Shown in pieces: positions 48,054 through 57,809 of a DNA stretch of 64,000 bases. This stretch comes from Vicinamibacterales bacterium. Lineage in GTDB: Bacteria > Acidobacteriota > Vicinamibacteria > Vicinamibacterales > UBA8438. How positions within the stretch are numbered: position 1 is the first letter of the stretch; the number at the start of each line of letters is the position of its first letter. Position numbers and translations under genes: made by a program. The notes under the pieces are model-generated. The model searched no databases. It was not told the origin of the DNA and saw only the letters and a program-made list of their open reading frames with translations. The DNA is taken from the NCBI GenBank assembly GCA_965207595.1, contig CBDBMW010000012.1:1154462-1218461 (forward strand), in the 5' to 3' direction.

Positions 48054-48105
48054 GACGCGCTACGTCGTTCCGGTACTACCGGCAGACGTCACGCCTGGCG
48101 ATCCC

Positions 48106-49107
48106 TCAGAACGTGGCGAGGACGTTGATCGACGAGCCGCCCCCCGCCTTGATGTTCAGCGGCGCCCCGGTGACCATGAACTCCCAGCGACCGAGCTCCT
48201 CCGCCAGATCGCCGACCGCCTCGAGGTCCTGGCCGTCGAGGATGACCGCGCCCAGGGCGACCAGCGCCGCGCTGTGAATCGGCAGTCCGACTCCGCGCTC
48301 CACGCCGGGCGGCCGCACGTCGTTCGGCCCGTCGTCGGCGATGATCGCCACATCCCGCGCCTTGAACCAGGGGATGACCGACCAGTGCCACCCGGCGTCC
48401 GGCCCGGCCATGCCCACCTTCCACGGACCCAGCGCCCTGCGCCGGGCCCACTTGCCCGTGCGCAGGAACACGGCGTCGCCGGGGAGCACCTCGATGCCGG
48501 TTTCCTCCTCCCACGCCTCGATGTCCCTGAGCGTGACCGGCGTGCCCGGCTCCAGCCACGGGAGGCCCTTGAAGCGGGGCATGTCGATGAGAACGCCGCG
48601 CGTGATGAACCCGTTGCTCCAGACGTCGATGCCCAGCTTGTGGCACCCGTCCTCGTCCTCGACCTCTTCCCGCGGGTATCCGTTGTACGCCTTGCCCTTG
48701 TAGAAGAAGTGGCAGAGGGCATCGACGTGGCTGTGGAAGGTCCCGCCGTGCACCGTCTCCCAGACGAGCTTGTTGCCGTGGTTGAACTTCTGGAAGGGGG
48801 TATGGACGTCGGGGTCGGCCGTCTCTATCAGCTGATGCTCCAGCGACACCGACCGGCCCGTCTTGACGAGCGCCGCCGCCTGCTTGCGCTTCTCGGGCGT
48901 GATGAGGTTGACGGCGCCGAGCTGGTCGTCCGGCCCCCAGCGGCCCCAGTTGGACACCTCCCAGAACATCCGGTCCCACGCCTCCACGGTCAGCAGCGGG
49001 TAGCCGCCGATGCCCGACGGCGCGCTCTGCGACGACGGCCGTGCGACGAACCCCGTGGCGACCAGGATCGCGATTGCGGCGCCACCGGCAACGAATCTCG
49101 TTCTCAT
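48106..49107 (-). CDS. Secreted cyclase-family protein (kynurenine-formamidase-like fold)
   Basis: It has the signal peptide MRTRFVAGGAAIAILVATG. The block GGTFHSHVDALCHF matches the HxGTHxDxPxH-type putative-cyclase motif. Confidence 0.8.
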   Translation of the reverse strand: MRTRFVAGGAAIAILVATGFVARPSSQSAPSGIGGYPLLTVEAWDRMFWEVSNWGRWGPDDQLGAVNLITPEKRKQAAALVKTGRSVSLEHQLIETADPDVHTPFQKFNHGNKLVWETVHGGTFHSHVDALCHFFYKGKAYNGYPREEVEDEDGCHKLGIDVWSNGFITRGVLIDMPRFKGLPWLEPGTPVTLRDIEAWEEETGIEVLPGDAVFLRTGKWARRRALGPWKVGMAGPDAGWHWSVIPWFKARDVAIIADDGPNDVRPPGVERGVGLPIHSAALVALGAVILDGQDLEAVGDLAEELGRWEFMVTGAPLNIKAGGGSSINVLATF

Positions 49108-49262
49108 GACGGTTCTCCATCCGAAAACGGACCTGTTCACGATAGTCCCGACGCTCCACTGTCGCGTCGTGTCGGGAGCCGCGCGCCGCGTCGGAGCGCG
49201 CCTCCGCCCGGCCCGCACCGGAGCGCGCCGGCTCCCGGATGCAGCCTCGCACGGAATGGTCG

Positions 49263-49940
49263 TCACGACCGACCGCCAGGTGCGGGCCCGCCTGCAGTGG
49301 AGACCCGCCTGTAGATGGGTCCGCGCCTTCGAACGTCGTCGAGCAATCGGGTGTCGAAGGACCCCGTCGGCCCGCGCGAGTCGGGCCGTGAACCCCGCCC
49401 GATGGCCGCCAGCACCCGAGGCTCGCTGTAGTACCCGGTGTAGGCGGCCCGGAGCAGCGTGTCGAACGACACCTTCTCCCGACGCGCCATCTCGCGAAGC
49501 CGGGCGTCCTGCTCCGCCTCGCGCAGGTTCGCAAACCGCTTCCCGGCGTCGGCCGCGTGCAGCAGCGAAGTGATGCGCGGCCTCAGGTGCGGGGCGTCCA
49601 CGAGAACTCCATCGACGAAACGGGCGATCCCCGCATCGCCGGCCCCGGGCATCACGTCGGTCGCGGGGATGAGCCGGTTGAGGACCGCTGTCAGCGCGCG
49701 CCCCTGCTCCGGGGTCAGGAACCGGTAGGTCGTGGCGTCCGCGCCTGCACCTGCGGCGTCCGCCGCGTCGCCCCCTGGCGTGGGCGGGGTGGCGCTCCGA
49801 ACCCTCGCGGGCAGTGCGGCCGCCCCGGTCGCCGCCGAAACCGCGACCGCACCCTGGATGAACCTCCGCCTGGAGATCGCCCCTTCAGGACGACGACCCG
49901 CAGCCTCCGGGCTTGCGTCTCTCCCAACACGATCTGCCAT
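49263..49940 (-). CDS. Gluconate 2-dehydrogenase subunit 3 family protein (TAT signal)
   Basis: It has ISRRRFIQGAVAVSAATGAAA. FLTPEQGRALTAVLNRLIPATDVMPGAGDAGIARFVDGVL is typical of the small subunit partnering GMC oxidoreductases. Confidence 0.8.
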   Translation of the reverse strand: MADRVGRDASPEAAGRRPEGAISRRRFIQGAVAVSAATGAAALPARVRSATPPTPGGDAADAAGAGADATTYRFLTPEQGRALTAVLNRLIPATDVMPGAGDAGIARFVDGVLVDAPHLRPRITSLLHAADAGKRFANLREAEQDARLREMARREKVSFDTLLRAAYTGYYSEPRVLAAIGRGSRPDSRGPTGSFDTRLLDDVRRRGPIYRRVSTAGGPAPGGRS

Positions 49941-50076
49941 GTCCGCAGCCCCTTCACCCCAACCGGCGGCTGTCACCAGCCCACACTCGCCGCCTGACGG
50001 CTCCGCGCGGCGCCCAGCCAGCCGTCCAGGCGAACCGGCAATGCGCGAACGCCGTTCCATGGCACAGACTCCTCGG

Positions 50077-50178
50077 CCGCCGTTCGTCGCCGCGACCGCA
50101 AGGTCGCGCCGCGGCCTCCGCGCGGCGCTCAACCCGAACCTCCAGGAGGCCGCACCGTCCTGCGCCGCAGATTCCTAT
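50077..50178. repeat. ~100-nt conserved intergenic element abutting a TAG stop (copy 1 of 2)
   Basis: The 44-nt core CCGCCGTTCGTCGCCGCGACCGCAAGGTCGCGCCGCGGCCTCCGC contains the hairpin CGCGACC-GCAA-GGTCGCG (50091-50108). A distal GGAGGCCGC...GCAGATTCC hairpin follows. A near-identical element lies at 57713-57809. Confidence 0.8.
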
Positions 50179-51842
50179 GCCAGCAGCTCCTGCGCGTTGC
50201 TCTTGACGTAGTCCGCCGTCCGCAAGGCGATTGCCTGTATCGTCGACGTGGGAACGCACGAGGCGGCGGTCGTGAACACGCTGCCGTCGATGATGAACAG
50301 GTTCCGCACGTCGTGGGCCCGGCCCCACCGATCGACGACCGACCGGTCGGGGTCGGTCCCCATGCGCGCCGTGCCCAGGTAGTGTCCGGGCGCGGGGGCC
50401 ACCTTCTCCGCCGAGACGATCCGGGTTGCGCCGGCCGCTACCAGCAGCTCCTTGCAGCGCTCCATTCCGTAGTCGAGCATCTTCTGCGTGTTCTCTCCCC
50501 GCCGATAGAACAGCTTCGGAGCCGGGATGCCCGCGTTGTCGGTGAGGACGGGATCGAGCTCCACGCGATTGAAGTCCTCGGGGAGCTCGTCGCAGTACAT
50601 CATCACGGCAGCGGTCTGCTCGAGCCGCTCCCGGAGCGCCGCGTGGTGGGCCGCACCCCACGGGACCTCCCGTCCGGAAGCGGGGCCGGCGGCCAGCTCG
50701 GGGGGACCGGCGGAGGAGATGGACTCCGGGTTCGCGCCGAGCGCCGCCTCGATGGGCCCCCGATAGGCGCCGGACAGCATCCAGAAGCCGCGTGCGAATC
50801 CACGGCCGTCCGCGCTGTCGGAGAACTCGTCGCTCGTCAGAAAGGTGCTGGCGGGCACCGGGGTCGCCAGCTCTTCGTAATCGAACGACCCCACCACCGT
50901 GGCCTTGGGGTGCCCCATCAGCCCCTTCCCGACCAGCCCGCTGCCGTTGGCCAGGCCGTGCGGGAAGTACCTGGACCGGGAGTTGAGGAGCAGCCTCGGC
51001 GTGCCGATTCCGTTGCAGGCCACGACCACCAGGCGGGCCCGCTGCTCGGTGAGGCGGCCGTCGGCGTCGTAGTAGAGGGCGCCGCTGGCCAGGCCGTCCC
51101 CGCCGACCGTGATCTCCCGCACCCGGGCCCGCGTCTTCAGCACCACGCCGCTGCGCAGCGCCTCGGGCCAGTGCACGACATCGGAGCTGTTCTTCGCCTC
51201 CCGGGGGCACCCCTGGTGACACGACTCGCAGTTCCGGGGGCAGGGCTGCCGGCCGTCGTGCGGCGCGGTCACCACCGCCCGCTCGCCCGGCCACCAGTGC
51301 CATCCCAGCCTGTCGAAGCCGCGGCTCAGGACCTCCCCGGCCTGGTTGAGCGGATGGGGAGGCATCAGGTCGACGGGCTTGGGGGGGTAGGCAGGATTGC
51401 CGGGGACGCCGGACACGCCGACCATCCGGTCGTTGGAATCGTAGTACGGCGCCAGGTCCCAGTAGTCGATCGGCCAGTCCTCACCCACGCCGGAGAGGCT
51501 GCCGGCCACGAAGTCCGAGGGGCGCAGCCGGGCCCACAGCGCGGCGTAATGGACGGTGGCGCCCCCGACGGCGTTCCCCAGGATGGGCTGCCAGTACGAC
51601 TCGGAGTGGTCGTACGGGTAGCCGTTCGCAAAGTGCCGGATACCGTCGCGCGGGGGCGGTGCCACCAGCCGCTGCCGCTCCCCGTCGCCTTCCGCGCGGG
51701 AATCGGACGGCCGAGCCGCCCAGTCGCCCTGCTCCAGGCACACGACCCTGATTCCCGGAACCTGGCCGAGCGACCAGGCGAAGGGACCCCCGGACGCGCC
51801 GCTGCCGATGATCAGGACGTCCGCGATGTCTGAAGTCGCCAT
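50175..51842 (-). CDS. GMC-family FAD-dependent oxidoreductase
   Basis: It has ADVLIIGSGASGGPFAWSL (the FAD fold). Its length (555 aa) and C-terminal blocks fit GMC, and it pairs with a subunit-3-like gene downstream. Confidence 0.95.
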   Translation of the reverse strand: MATSDIADVLIIGSGASGGPFAWSLGQVPGIRVVCLEQGDWAARPSDSRAEGDGERQRLVAPPPRDGIRHFANGYPYDHSESYWQPILGNAVGGATVHYAALWARLRPSDFVAGSLSGVGEDWPIDYWDLAPYYDSNDRMVGVSGVPGNPAYPPKPVDLMPPHPLNQAGEVLSRGFDRLGWHWWPGERAVVTAPHDGRQPCPRNCESCHQGCPREAKNSSDVVHWPEALRSGVVLKTRARVREITVGGDGLASGALYYDADGRLTEQRARLVVVACNGIGTPRLLLNSRSRYFPHGLANGSGLVGKGLMGHPKATVVGSFDYEELATPVPASTFLTSDEFSDSADGRGFARGFWMLSGAYRGPIEAALGANPESISSAGPPELAAGPASGREVPWGAAHHAALRERLEQTAAVMMYCDELPEDFNRVELDPVLTDNAGIPAPKLFYRRGENTQKMLDYGMERCKELLVAAGATRIVSAEKVAPAPGHYLGTARMGTDPDRSVVDRWGRAHDVRNLFIIDGSVFTTAASCVPTSTIQAIALRTADYVKSNAQELLA

Positions 51843-52010
51843 CTGGCTACGTCTCGCGCGCCTGGCGGCATCTCCTCCCGCCAGGGCCTCCCGTTCGGCG
51901 GGTGCCTGCCTGAGCCACCGATGCTCTCACTCCCCGCCGGCCTTCCCGCTACGGCAAGGATGCCATCCGTGAACGACCGATGCTCGTTTCCGTGGCGGGC
52001 CGGTGCGCCG

Positions 52011-53576
52011 TCACTGCGCAGGCAGCAGGTTCCGCTCGATCATCAACCGGCGCAGCAGCCGTGCCGTGCTCTCGCGCACGTAGGAGGTGGCGTTCAGGGA
52101 CGTGAACTCCGCCACCTCGAGCGGTCGCTGCCCGGCCTTGTCGCGCACGTCCAGCCTTGCGCCCTGGTCCACGAGGAACTGCACGATGGAGTCCGCCCCC
52201 CGCACCGCCGCGCCGTGGAGCGCGGTCCAGCCGCACACCAGGCCGGCGAGGTTTCGAGAGCCGCCGCCGCCGGTGTAGTTGCGGGGCGTGCAGTCGGGGT
52301 CGGTCCCCTGCCGGTGATGGATGTCGGCACCCTGCTCCACCAGGAACCGGACGGCTTCGAGCGCGTCGGCCTCCGACCCCGGGGTCGCCCCGTCCGTGAA
52401 GCCGATGCCCGCGGCCACCATGAGCGGCGTCGTGCCCCGCTCGGTGGCGTGGTGGAGGTCGGCGCCGTGGTCCGCGAGCACGCGCATCGTGCGGATGTCG
52501 CCGGCCCGGGCCGCCTGCCAGAACGCCGTCACCCCCAGCATCGCCTGCGGCTCCACCGAGAATCCCGTGATGATGCCCCCGCCGAGCGCCTGCGTCAGCC
52601 CGGCGTTCACGTCGGCCCCGGCCGCAAGGAGCACGGCCAGAAGGTCCCGCGCATCGAGGCCGCCGGTGCCGATCACCTCCGGGTCCGGCCCCGTCAGGCC
52701 CTCCCAGTTCATCGTCGAGACCAGCGCGTGCAGCGCCGTCTGCCCCTCGCTGTCGGCGTTCGGATCGGCGCCCTGCTCCAGCAGGTAGTCGGCGAGCTCG
52801 TAATGGGCGTTCCCGATGGCCAGGACCAGGGCCGTCGTCCCCCGAGGCGCACCGTCCTCGTCATCGTCGGCGGCGGGCGGTGCCCCCGGCACTCCGCCCA
52901 CGGCCGGGAATCTCTCGTTGGCGCTGGCGCCCGCGCCAATCAGCAGCCGGACCGACTCCAGGTCGCCGGCCCGTACCGCAAACAGCAGGGGCGTGAAGCC
53001 GACCACCGATCGGGCGTGCACGTCGGCCCCCCGGGCGAGCAGAAGCCGGACCAGGGAGGGGTGCATCTCCGCCGCGGCCGTCATCAGGAGCGTCTGACCG
53101 CTCGCGAGCTCGGTGGCGCCCAGGTCCGCCCCGTGCGCGATCAGCAGCTCGACGACGTCCACGCTGCCGGTGCGCACGGCCGTCATGAGCGCCGTCTCGC
53201 CTTCGGTCCGAACCTCCGGATCCGCTCCGGCGTCGAGAAGCCGGGCCACGGCCTCCGCGCTCCCGTTGGTGCAGGCGAGCGAGAGCGGGGTCACGCCGTA
53301 GTCGTTGGTGAGGTCGACGTCCGCGCCGGCGCCGATCAGGAGCTCCACGATGGCCAGGTCGTCCCGGTGGACGGCCCGGTGGAGCGCGGTCGTGCCGTCC
53401 GGCTCGGGGGCATCCACCTCCACCCGTCCGGCGTCGAGGAGCGTGCGCACCGCCGCCGCGTCCCCCGCCCGGGTGGCAGCGACGAGTGATTCGCGAGGCT
53501 GCTGGGCGGCCCCGACTCCCACGGTGAGCAGCAAGGCCGGAATCGACAGCGCACCGACGAAACCTGGGCGCATCAT
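52011..53576 (-). CDS. Secreted ankyrin-repeat protein (module 1)
   Basis: It has the signal peptide MMRPGFVGALSIPALLLTVGVGAAQQ. At least 8 ankyrin repeats follow (TALHRAV...LLIGAGADVD, TPLSLAC...LLDAGADPE, and others). Confidence 0.9.
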   Translation of the reverse strand: MMRPGFVGALSIPALLLTVGVGAAQQPRESLVAATRAGDAAAVRTLLDAGRVEVDAPEPDGTTALHRAVHRDDLAIVELLIGAGADVDLTNDYGVTPLSLACTNGSAEAVARLLDAGADPEVRTEGETALMTAVRTGSVDVVELLIAHGADLGATELASGQTLLMTAAAEMHPSLVRLLLARGADVHARSVVGFTPLLFAVRAGDLESVRLLIGAGASANERFPAVGGVPGAPPAADDDEDGAPRGTTALVLAIGNAHYELADYLLEQGADPNADSEGQTALHALVSTMNWEGLTGPDPEVIGTGGLDARDLLAVLLAAGADVNAGLTQALGGGIITGFSVEPQAMLGVTAFWQAARAGDIRTMRVLADHGADLHHATERGTTPLMVAAGIGFTDGATPGSEADALEAVRFLVEQGADIHHRQGTDPDCTPRNYTGGGGSRNLAGLVCGWTALHGAAVRGADSIVQFLVDQGARLDVRDKAGQRPLEVAEFTSLNATSYVRESTARLLRRLMIERNLLPAQ

Positions 53577-53593
53577 CGCGACCTCCCCCGGGC

Positions 53594-54943
53594 CTACACG
53601 TCCGGGAGCGTTTCGGTCACGCCCGCCGCATCGCCGAACTGCTCCGTGGGCGCCCCGAACTTGTCCAGCAGGCTCAGCAGCAGGCTCGACATCGGCGTGC
53701 GATGCGGATAGACGAGGTGCCGTCCGCCCCGGAGGCTGCCCGCCCCGCCGCCGGCCAGGACGACGGGCAGCGGATAGTGCGCGTGGGTCTGCGGATCGGC
53801 CATCCCGCCGCCGTAGAGCATGAGCGAGTGGTCGAGCAGCGAGCCGTCGCCGTCGGGGGTCGCGCGGAGCTTCTCGAGGAACGACGCGAAGCCCCGCACG
53901 TGATAGGCGTTCACCCGGGCGAGCTTCGCGATCTTCTCGGGATTGTACTGATGGTGCGACAGGTTGTGATGCCCCTCCGGCACGCCGATGCTCGGATAGG
54001 TGCGGGTGGTCGTCTCGCGCCCGAGGAGCAGGGTCGTCACGCGGGTCAGGTCGGCCTGGAACGCCACCACCTGCAGGTCGTACATCAGCGTCATGTGCTC
54101 GTCGAAGGTCTCGGGCACGCCGAGCGGAGTCTCCGGCGGCTGCAGCGGGTTCTCCCGGTTGCGGCTCTCCACCAACTGGATGCGGCGCTCCACATCCCGA
54201 ATGCTGTCGAGATACTGGTCCAGCTTCTGCCGATCCCGGGGACCGAGCCGCCCGGAGAGCCGCCCCACCTTGGCCCCGATCGCGTCGAGGATGCTGGCGT
54301 TCTCGCGGTTGATGCGGCTGCGCTCCTCGGCGCTCGCCCCGTCCCCGAAGAGCCGCTCGAAGACGACGCGGGGGTTCATCTCCATCGGCAGCGGAAGCGT
54401 CGGCGAGCCCCAGGAGATGGTGTTGACGTACGCGCAGGCGTACCCCGCATCGCAGTCGCCGACGAACTCGGCCGAATCGAGCGCCAGTTCCAGCGACGAG
54501 AGCGGCGTGTCCCTTCCGATCTGCTGCGCGATGAGCTGGTCGACGGTCGTGCCGGCCCGGACCTCCACGCCGGCGGTCTTCTTCGCGCGCACGCCGGTCA
54601 GGTACACGGCCGAGCTGCGGGCGTGCTCGCCGGCCCCGTCGTTCTCCGACTCGGCGTTCGCGTGGCCCAGGTTGCTCAGCACCACCACCCGATCGCGAAG
54701 CGGCTCGAGCGCCTGCAGCGTGGGCGACAACCGGAACCCCTCTCCGGTCTCGACCGGCGTCCAGGAGTCCATCGCGGCCCCGTTCGGGATGTACACGAAC
54801 CCGATGCGCCGCACCGGCTTCGCCGGGCTCCTGGCCAGCGCGGTCAGCGCCGGCGCCATGGCGTCGAGCAGGGGCAGGGCCACCATCGCCCCCATGCCCC
54901 GGAGCACCGTCCGCCTCGGCAGGGCCGCCTTCGTGATGAACAT
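53594..54943 (-). CDS. DUF1552 domain protein (TAT signal), module 1
   Basis: MFITKAALPRRTVLRGMGAMVALPLLDAM and conserved DUF1552 blocks throughout. Its stop is 17 nt upstream of the start of the downstream ankyrin gene. Confidence 0.95.
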   Translation of the reverse strand: MFITKAALPRRTVLRGMGAMVALPLLDAMAPALTALARSPAKPVRRIGFVYIPNGAAMDSWTPVETGEGFRLSPTLQALEPLRDRVVVLSNLGHANAESENDGAGEHARSSAVYLTGVRAKKTAGVEVRAGTTVDQLIAQQIGRDTPLSSLELALDSAEFVGDCDAGYACAYVNTISWGSPTLPLPMEMNPRVVFERLFGDGASAEERSRINRENASILDAIGAKVGRLSGRLGPRDRQKLDQYLDSIRDVERRIQLVESRNRENPLQPPETPLGVPETFDEHMTLMYDLQVVAFQADLTRVTTLLLGRETTTRTYPSIGVPEGHHNLSHHQYNPEKIAKLARVNAYHVRGFASFLEKLRATPDGDGSLLDHSLMLYGGGMADPQTHAHYPLPVVLAGGGAGSLRGGRHLVYPHRTPMSSLLLSLLDKFGAPTEQFGDAAGVTETLPDV

Positions 54944-54964
54944 CTGTCTGCCTCGAGTCTTCTA

Positions 54965-55001
54965 TCTGCCCGGAACGTGCCCGCGTCTGCCCGGAACGTG
55001 C
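54965..55001. repeat. 16-bp perfect direct repeat with a 21-bp period (TCTGCCCGGAACGTGC x2)
   Basis: Read directly in the 62-nt spacer between the DUF1592 stop and the DUF1552 start. Confidence 0.9.
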
Positions 55002-55005
55002 TTCG

Positions 55006-57585
55006 TCACGGCCGTGCGACGCGCCCGTCCGAATGCGCCGGCGCGTCCTTGCGGGCGGGTTGGAAGTCGGCGCCGGCCCGCAGCTCGTGCGTCGCCGGTT
55101 CGACGCGGCCGATCGGCCGCACGTCGCTGACGGCGCGGACTCCCGGCGCATCGCCGTCCGGCTCCGACGTCCTTCGCAACTGGAAGGGCACGCTCCGGAC
55201 GACCCCCAGCACAATGGAGGACAAGCGGTAGTCGGCGGCCGCCGCATCCCGCAGGATGCCGCGGACGGCGGGCATGTCGTGGTGCTCGACCCCGCGCCCC
55301 AACGCGTACGTGAGGAGCTTCTCGGTGAGCGTCTGCACGAACTGGTCGGAGCGGCCCACCAGGATGTCCCGCAGCCCGGCCGCGCCCTCGAACGCCGTCC
55401 CGTCCGGCATCACGCCGGAGACGTCGATGGGCGCGGTGGAGGTCCCGCGGACCGTGCGGAGATGGCCGACCGCGTCGAACGACTCGAGCGCCAGCCCCAG
55501 CGGATCCATCTGGTTGTGGCAGCCCGCGCAGGCAGGGTTCGCGCGATGGCGCTCCATGCGCTCGCGCATCGTCAGGCGCGACAGGTCGGCCGCGTCCTGG
55601 AGCGGCGGCACGCCGGGAGGCGGCTCCGGCGGCGGCGTCCCCAGGATGTTCTCCAGGATCCACTTCCCGCGGACCACCGGCGACGTGCGCGTGGCGTGGG
55701 AGGTGACCGTCAGCAGGCTGCCCTGCCCCAGGAGCCCGCCCCGCGGATCGCCGTCCGCCAAGGTGATACGCCGGAAGCGGCTGCCGTACACCCCCTCGAT
55801 CCCGTAGTGCCGGGCCAGCCGCTCGTTGACGAACGTGTAGTCCGCGGTCAGGAGGTCGATGACGCTGCGATCCTCCCGCAGGATGCTGTCGAACAGCAGC
55901 TCCGTCTCCCGCCGCATCGCCTGCCGCAGGTTGTCGTCGTAGTCCGGGTACAGCGCCCCGTTGGGGTAGGTCGCCCCCATGTTGCGCGTGTACAGCCACT
56001 GCGCGGCGAAGTTGCTCACCAGCTCGTCCGCACGTGCATCGGCCAGCATGCGCCGTGCCTGCTGCTCGAGCACCTCGGGCTCGCGCAGGCGCCCCGCCTC
56101 GGCCAGGGCCAGCAACTCCTCGTCCGGGATGCTGCTCCAGAGGAAGAACGACAGCCGCGAGGCCAGCTCCAGGTCGCTGACCGGATGGGCAACGCCCGGA
56201 GTGGACCCGGCCCGGCCCTCCTCGATGCGGAACAGGAACTCCGGCTGCACCAGCAGCGCGCGCAGCGCCATCTGGATGCCGGCTTCGAAGCCGGCCGTCC
56301 GCCGCGCGGTCTGGTAGTGGACGAGCAGCTCGCGCACCTCCGCCGCGGTGGGCGGCCGGCGGTAGGCGCGCCGGGCCAGGGCGCGGACGATCTCCTCGGC
56401 GCAGGGAGCCTCCTGGGCTATGGCCTCGGGACGGCAGACGAACAGGCGGCGGCGGCTCGGCGTGTCGCCCGAGCCCGTGACGCCGTACGGCCCCTCGACG
56501 AATACCCGGTGGACCTGCGGCAGTCCGGACACGCTGCCGTAGCTGACGTTGCTCGCGATGTACGGCTTCCGCAACTGCGGGCGGGAGCCCGGCCGGAACT
56601 CGATGCCCCCCGTCTCGCGTTGCGCGTGACTCCGCTTGGGGAAGGTGACGGTGATCTCGTGCGGACCGGCCGTCACCGGAACCCGCACGACCAGGTGCGA
56701 ATCGAGATCGTGGCCCCGGACGTCCTGGCCGAAGTAGCGGCCGATGCCGCCGGCCTCGAGGCGCTCCACGAGGACGCCGTCCAGGCGGAAGTCCACCGGC
56801 TGGACGAGGGCCAGCCCGCGCACCGTACCCCAGGTGGTTCGAGCGAGCCGGACCCGAATGTCGTACTCGCCGTCGACCGGGAACGTGTGGCGGATCACGG
56901 TGCCGCCGCGCGTCCCGAACGGCAGTCCGTCGACGTGGTAGTCCTGCGAGAGGTCGGGGGCCACGCTGTAGGTGGCGGCGGTGGGCGCGATCGAGCCGTC
57001 TCCGACCGCGGCCCGACTGACCCGCAGGGCGGCCGACAGATAGCGTTCCAGCATGTACGGCGAGACGTTGAGGACCTCGGCGATGTTGTCGAACCCGTAG
57101 CTCGAATCGTCGGGCGGCAGCAGCGACGCGACGTCGATCTCGAGCGCCAGCAGCTCGCGGATCGCGTTGCCGTACTCCGTCCGGTTCAGGCGGTGCAGGG
57201 TGCGGCGCCCCGGATCGGGATCGGCCGCTGCCGCGCGGTCGATGGCGCCTTCCAGGGTGGCGACGACCCGGTCGACGGTGGCCGGATCCGGCCGCCGCCG
57301 GCCCGCGGGCGGCATCAGCCCCCCGCGCAGCTTGCGGATGGCCTTCTCCCACACCTCCGCGCCCGCGGCGATGCGATGCGTGTCCGCCCGGTCGAGCAGA
57401 AGGTCGGCGGTTCGGAGCCGCTCGTTGTGGCAGGTGACGCAGTACGCGTCGAGCACCTCGCGGAGCTCGTCGCCGGACATCGGCGGCGCGTCATCCTGCG
57501 CCCCGACCTGCGCCCCGACGCTCCCGCTCGCGCCGGCGGCGGACAGCACCCACGCCGCCGCGACCGTGCAAGCCCAGCGCTTCAT
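55006..57585 (-). CDS. DUF1592/DUF1595/DUF1587/DUF1588/DUF1585 multidomain protein with a CxxCH heme-binding motif, module 1
   Basis: It has a signal peptide, CVTCHN near the N-terminus and a second CAGCHN near the C-terminus. The architecture is the planctomycete-type PSCyt/PSD. Confidence 0.95.
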   Translation of the reverse strand: MKRWACTVAAAWVLSAAGASGSVGAQVGAQDDAPPMSGDELREVLDAYCVTCHNERLRTADLLLDRADTHRIAAGAEVWEKAIRKLRGGLMPPAGRRRPDPATVDRVVATLEGAIDRAAAADPDPGRRTLHRLNRTEYGNAIRELLALEIDVASLLPPDDSSYGFDNIAEVLNVSPYMLERYLSAALRVSRAAVGDGSIAPTAATYSVAPDLSQDYHVDGLPFGTRGGTVIRHTFPVDGEYDIRVRLARTTWGTVRGLALVQPVDFRLDGVLVERLEAGGIGRYFGQDVRGHDLDSHLVVRVPVTAGPHEITVTFPKRSHAQRETGGIEFRPGSRPQLRKPYIASNVSYGSVSGLPQVHRVFVEGPYGVTGSGDTPSRRRLFVCRPEAIAQEAPCAEEIVRALARRAYRRPPTAAEVRELLVHYQTARRTAGFEAGIQMALRALLVQPEFLFRIEEGRAGSTPGVAHPVSDLELASRLSFFLWSSIPDEELLALAEAGRLREPEVLEQQARRMLADARADELVSNFAAQWLYTRNMGATYPNGALYPDYDDNLRQAMRRETELLFDSILREDRSVIDLLTADYTFVNERLARHYGIEGVYGSRFRRITLADGDPRGGLLGQGSLLTVTSHATRTSPVVRGKWILENILGTPPPEPPPGVPPLQDAADLSRLTMRERMERHRANPACAGCHNQMDPLGLALESFDAVGHLRTVRGTSTAPIDVSGVMPDGTAFEGAAGLRDILVGRSDQFVQTLTEKLLTYALGRGVEHHDMPAVRGILRDAAAADYRLSSIVLGVVRSVPFQLRRTSEPDGDAPGVRAVSDVRPIGRVEPATHELRAGADFQPARKDAPAHSDGRVARP

Positions 57586-57712
57586 GCGGCCCCCGATCTC
57601 GTGGAGGTACCCCCGGTACCGGAACGGTCGCCGCGCACCCTGAAGGGCACCTCGGTCCGGTCGCGATCGCTCGACGACAGCCCTCGACCTGTCCCCGGGG
57701 ACAGGCTCTTCC

Positions 57713-57809
57713 CCACCGTTCGTCGCCGCGACCGCAAGGTCGCGCTACGGCCTCCGCCTGGTGCCCAACCCTCCGGGAGCCCGCACCGTTCCGCGGCGCG
57801 GACTCCTAT
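57713..57809. repeat. ~100-nt conserved intergenic element abutting a TAG stop (copy 2 of 2)
   Basis: CCACCGTTCGTCGCCGCGACCGCAAGGTCGCGCTACGGCCTCCGC carries the same hairpin (57727-57744). The distal arms are GGAGCCCGC (57776-57784) and GCGGACTCC (57798-57806). Confidence 0.8.
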
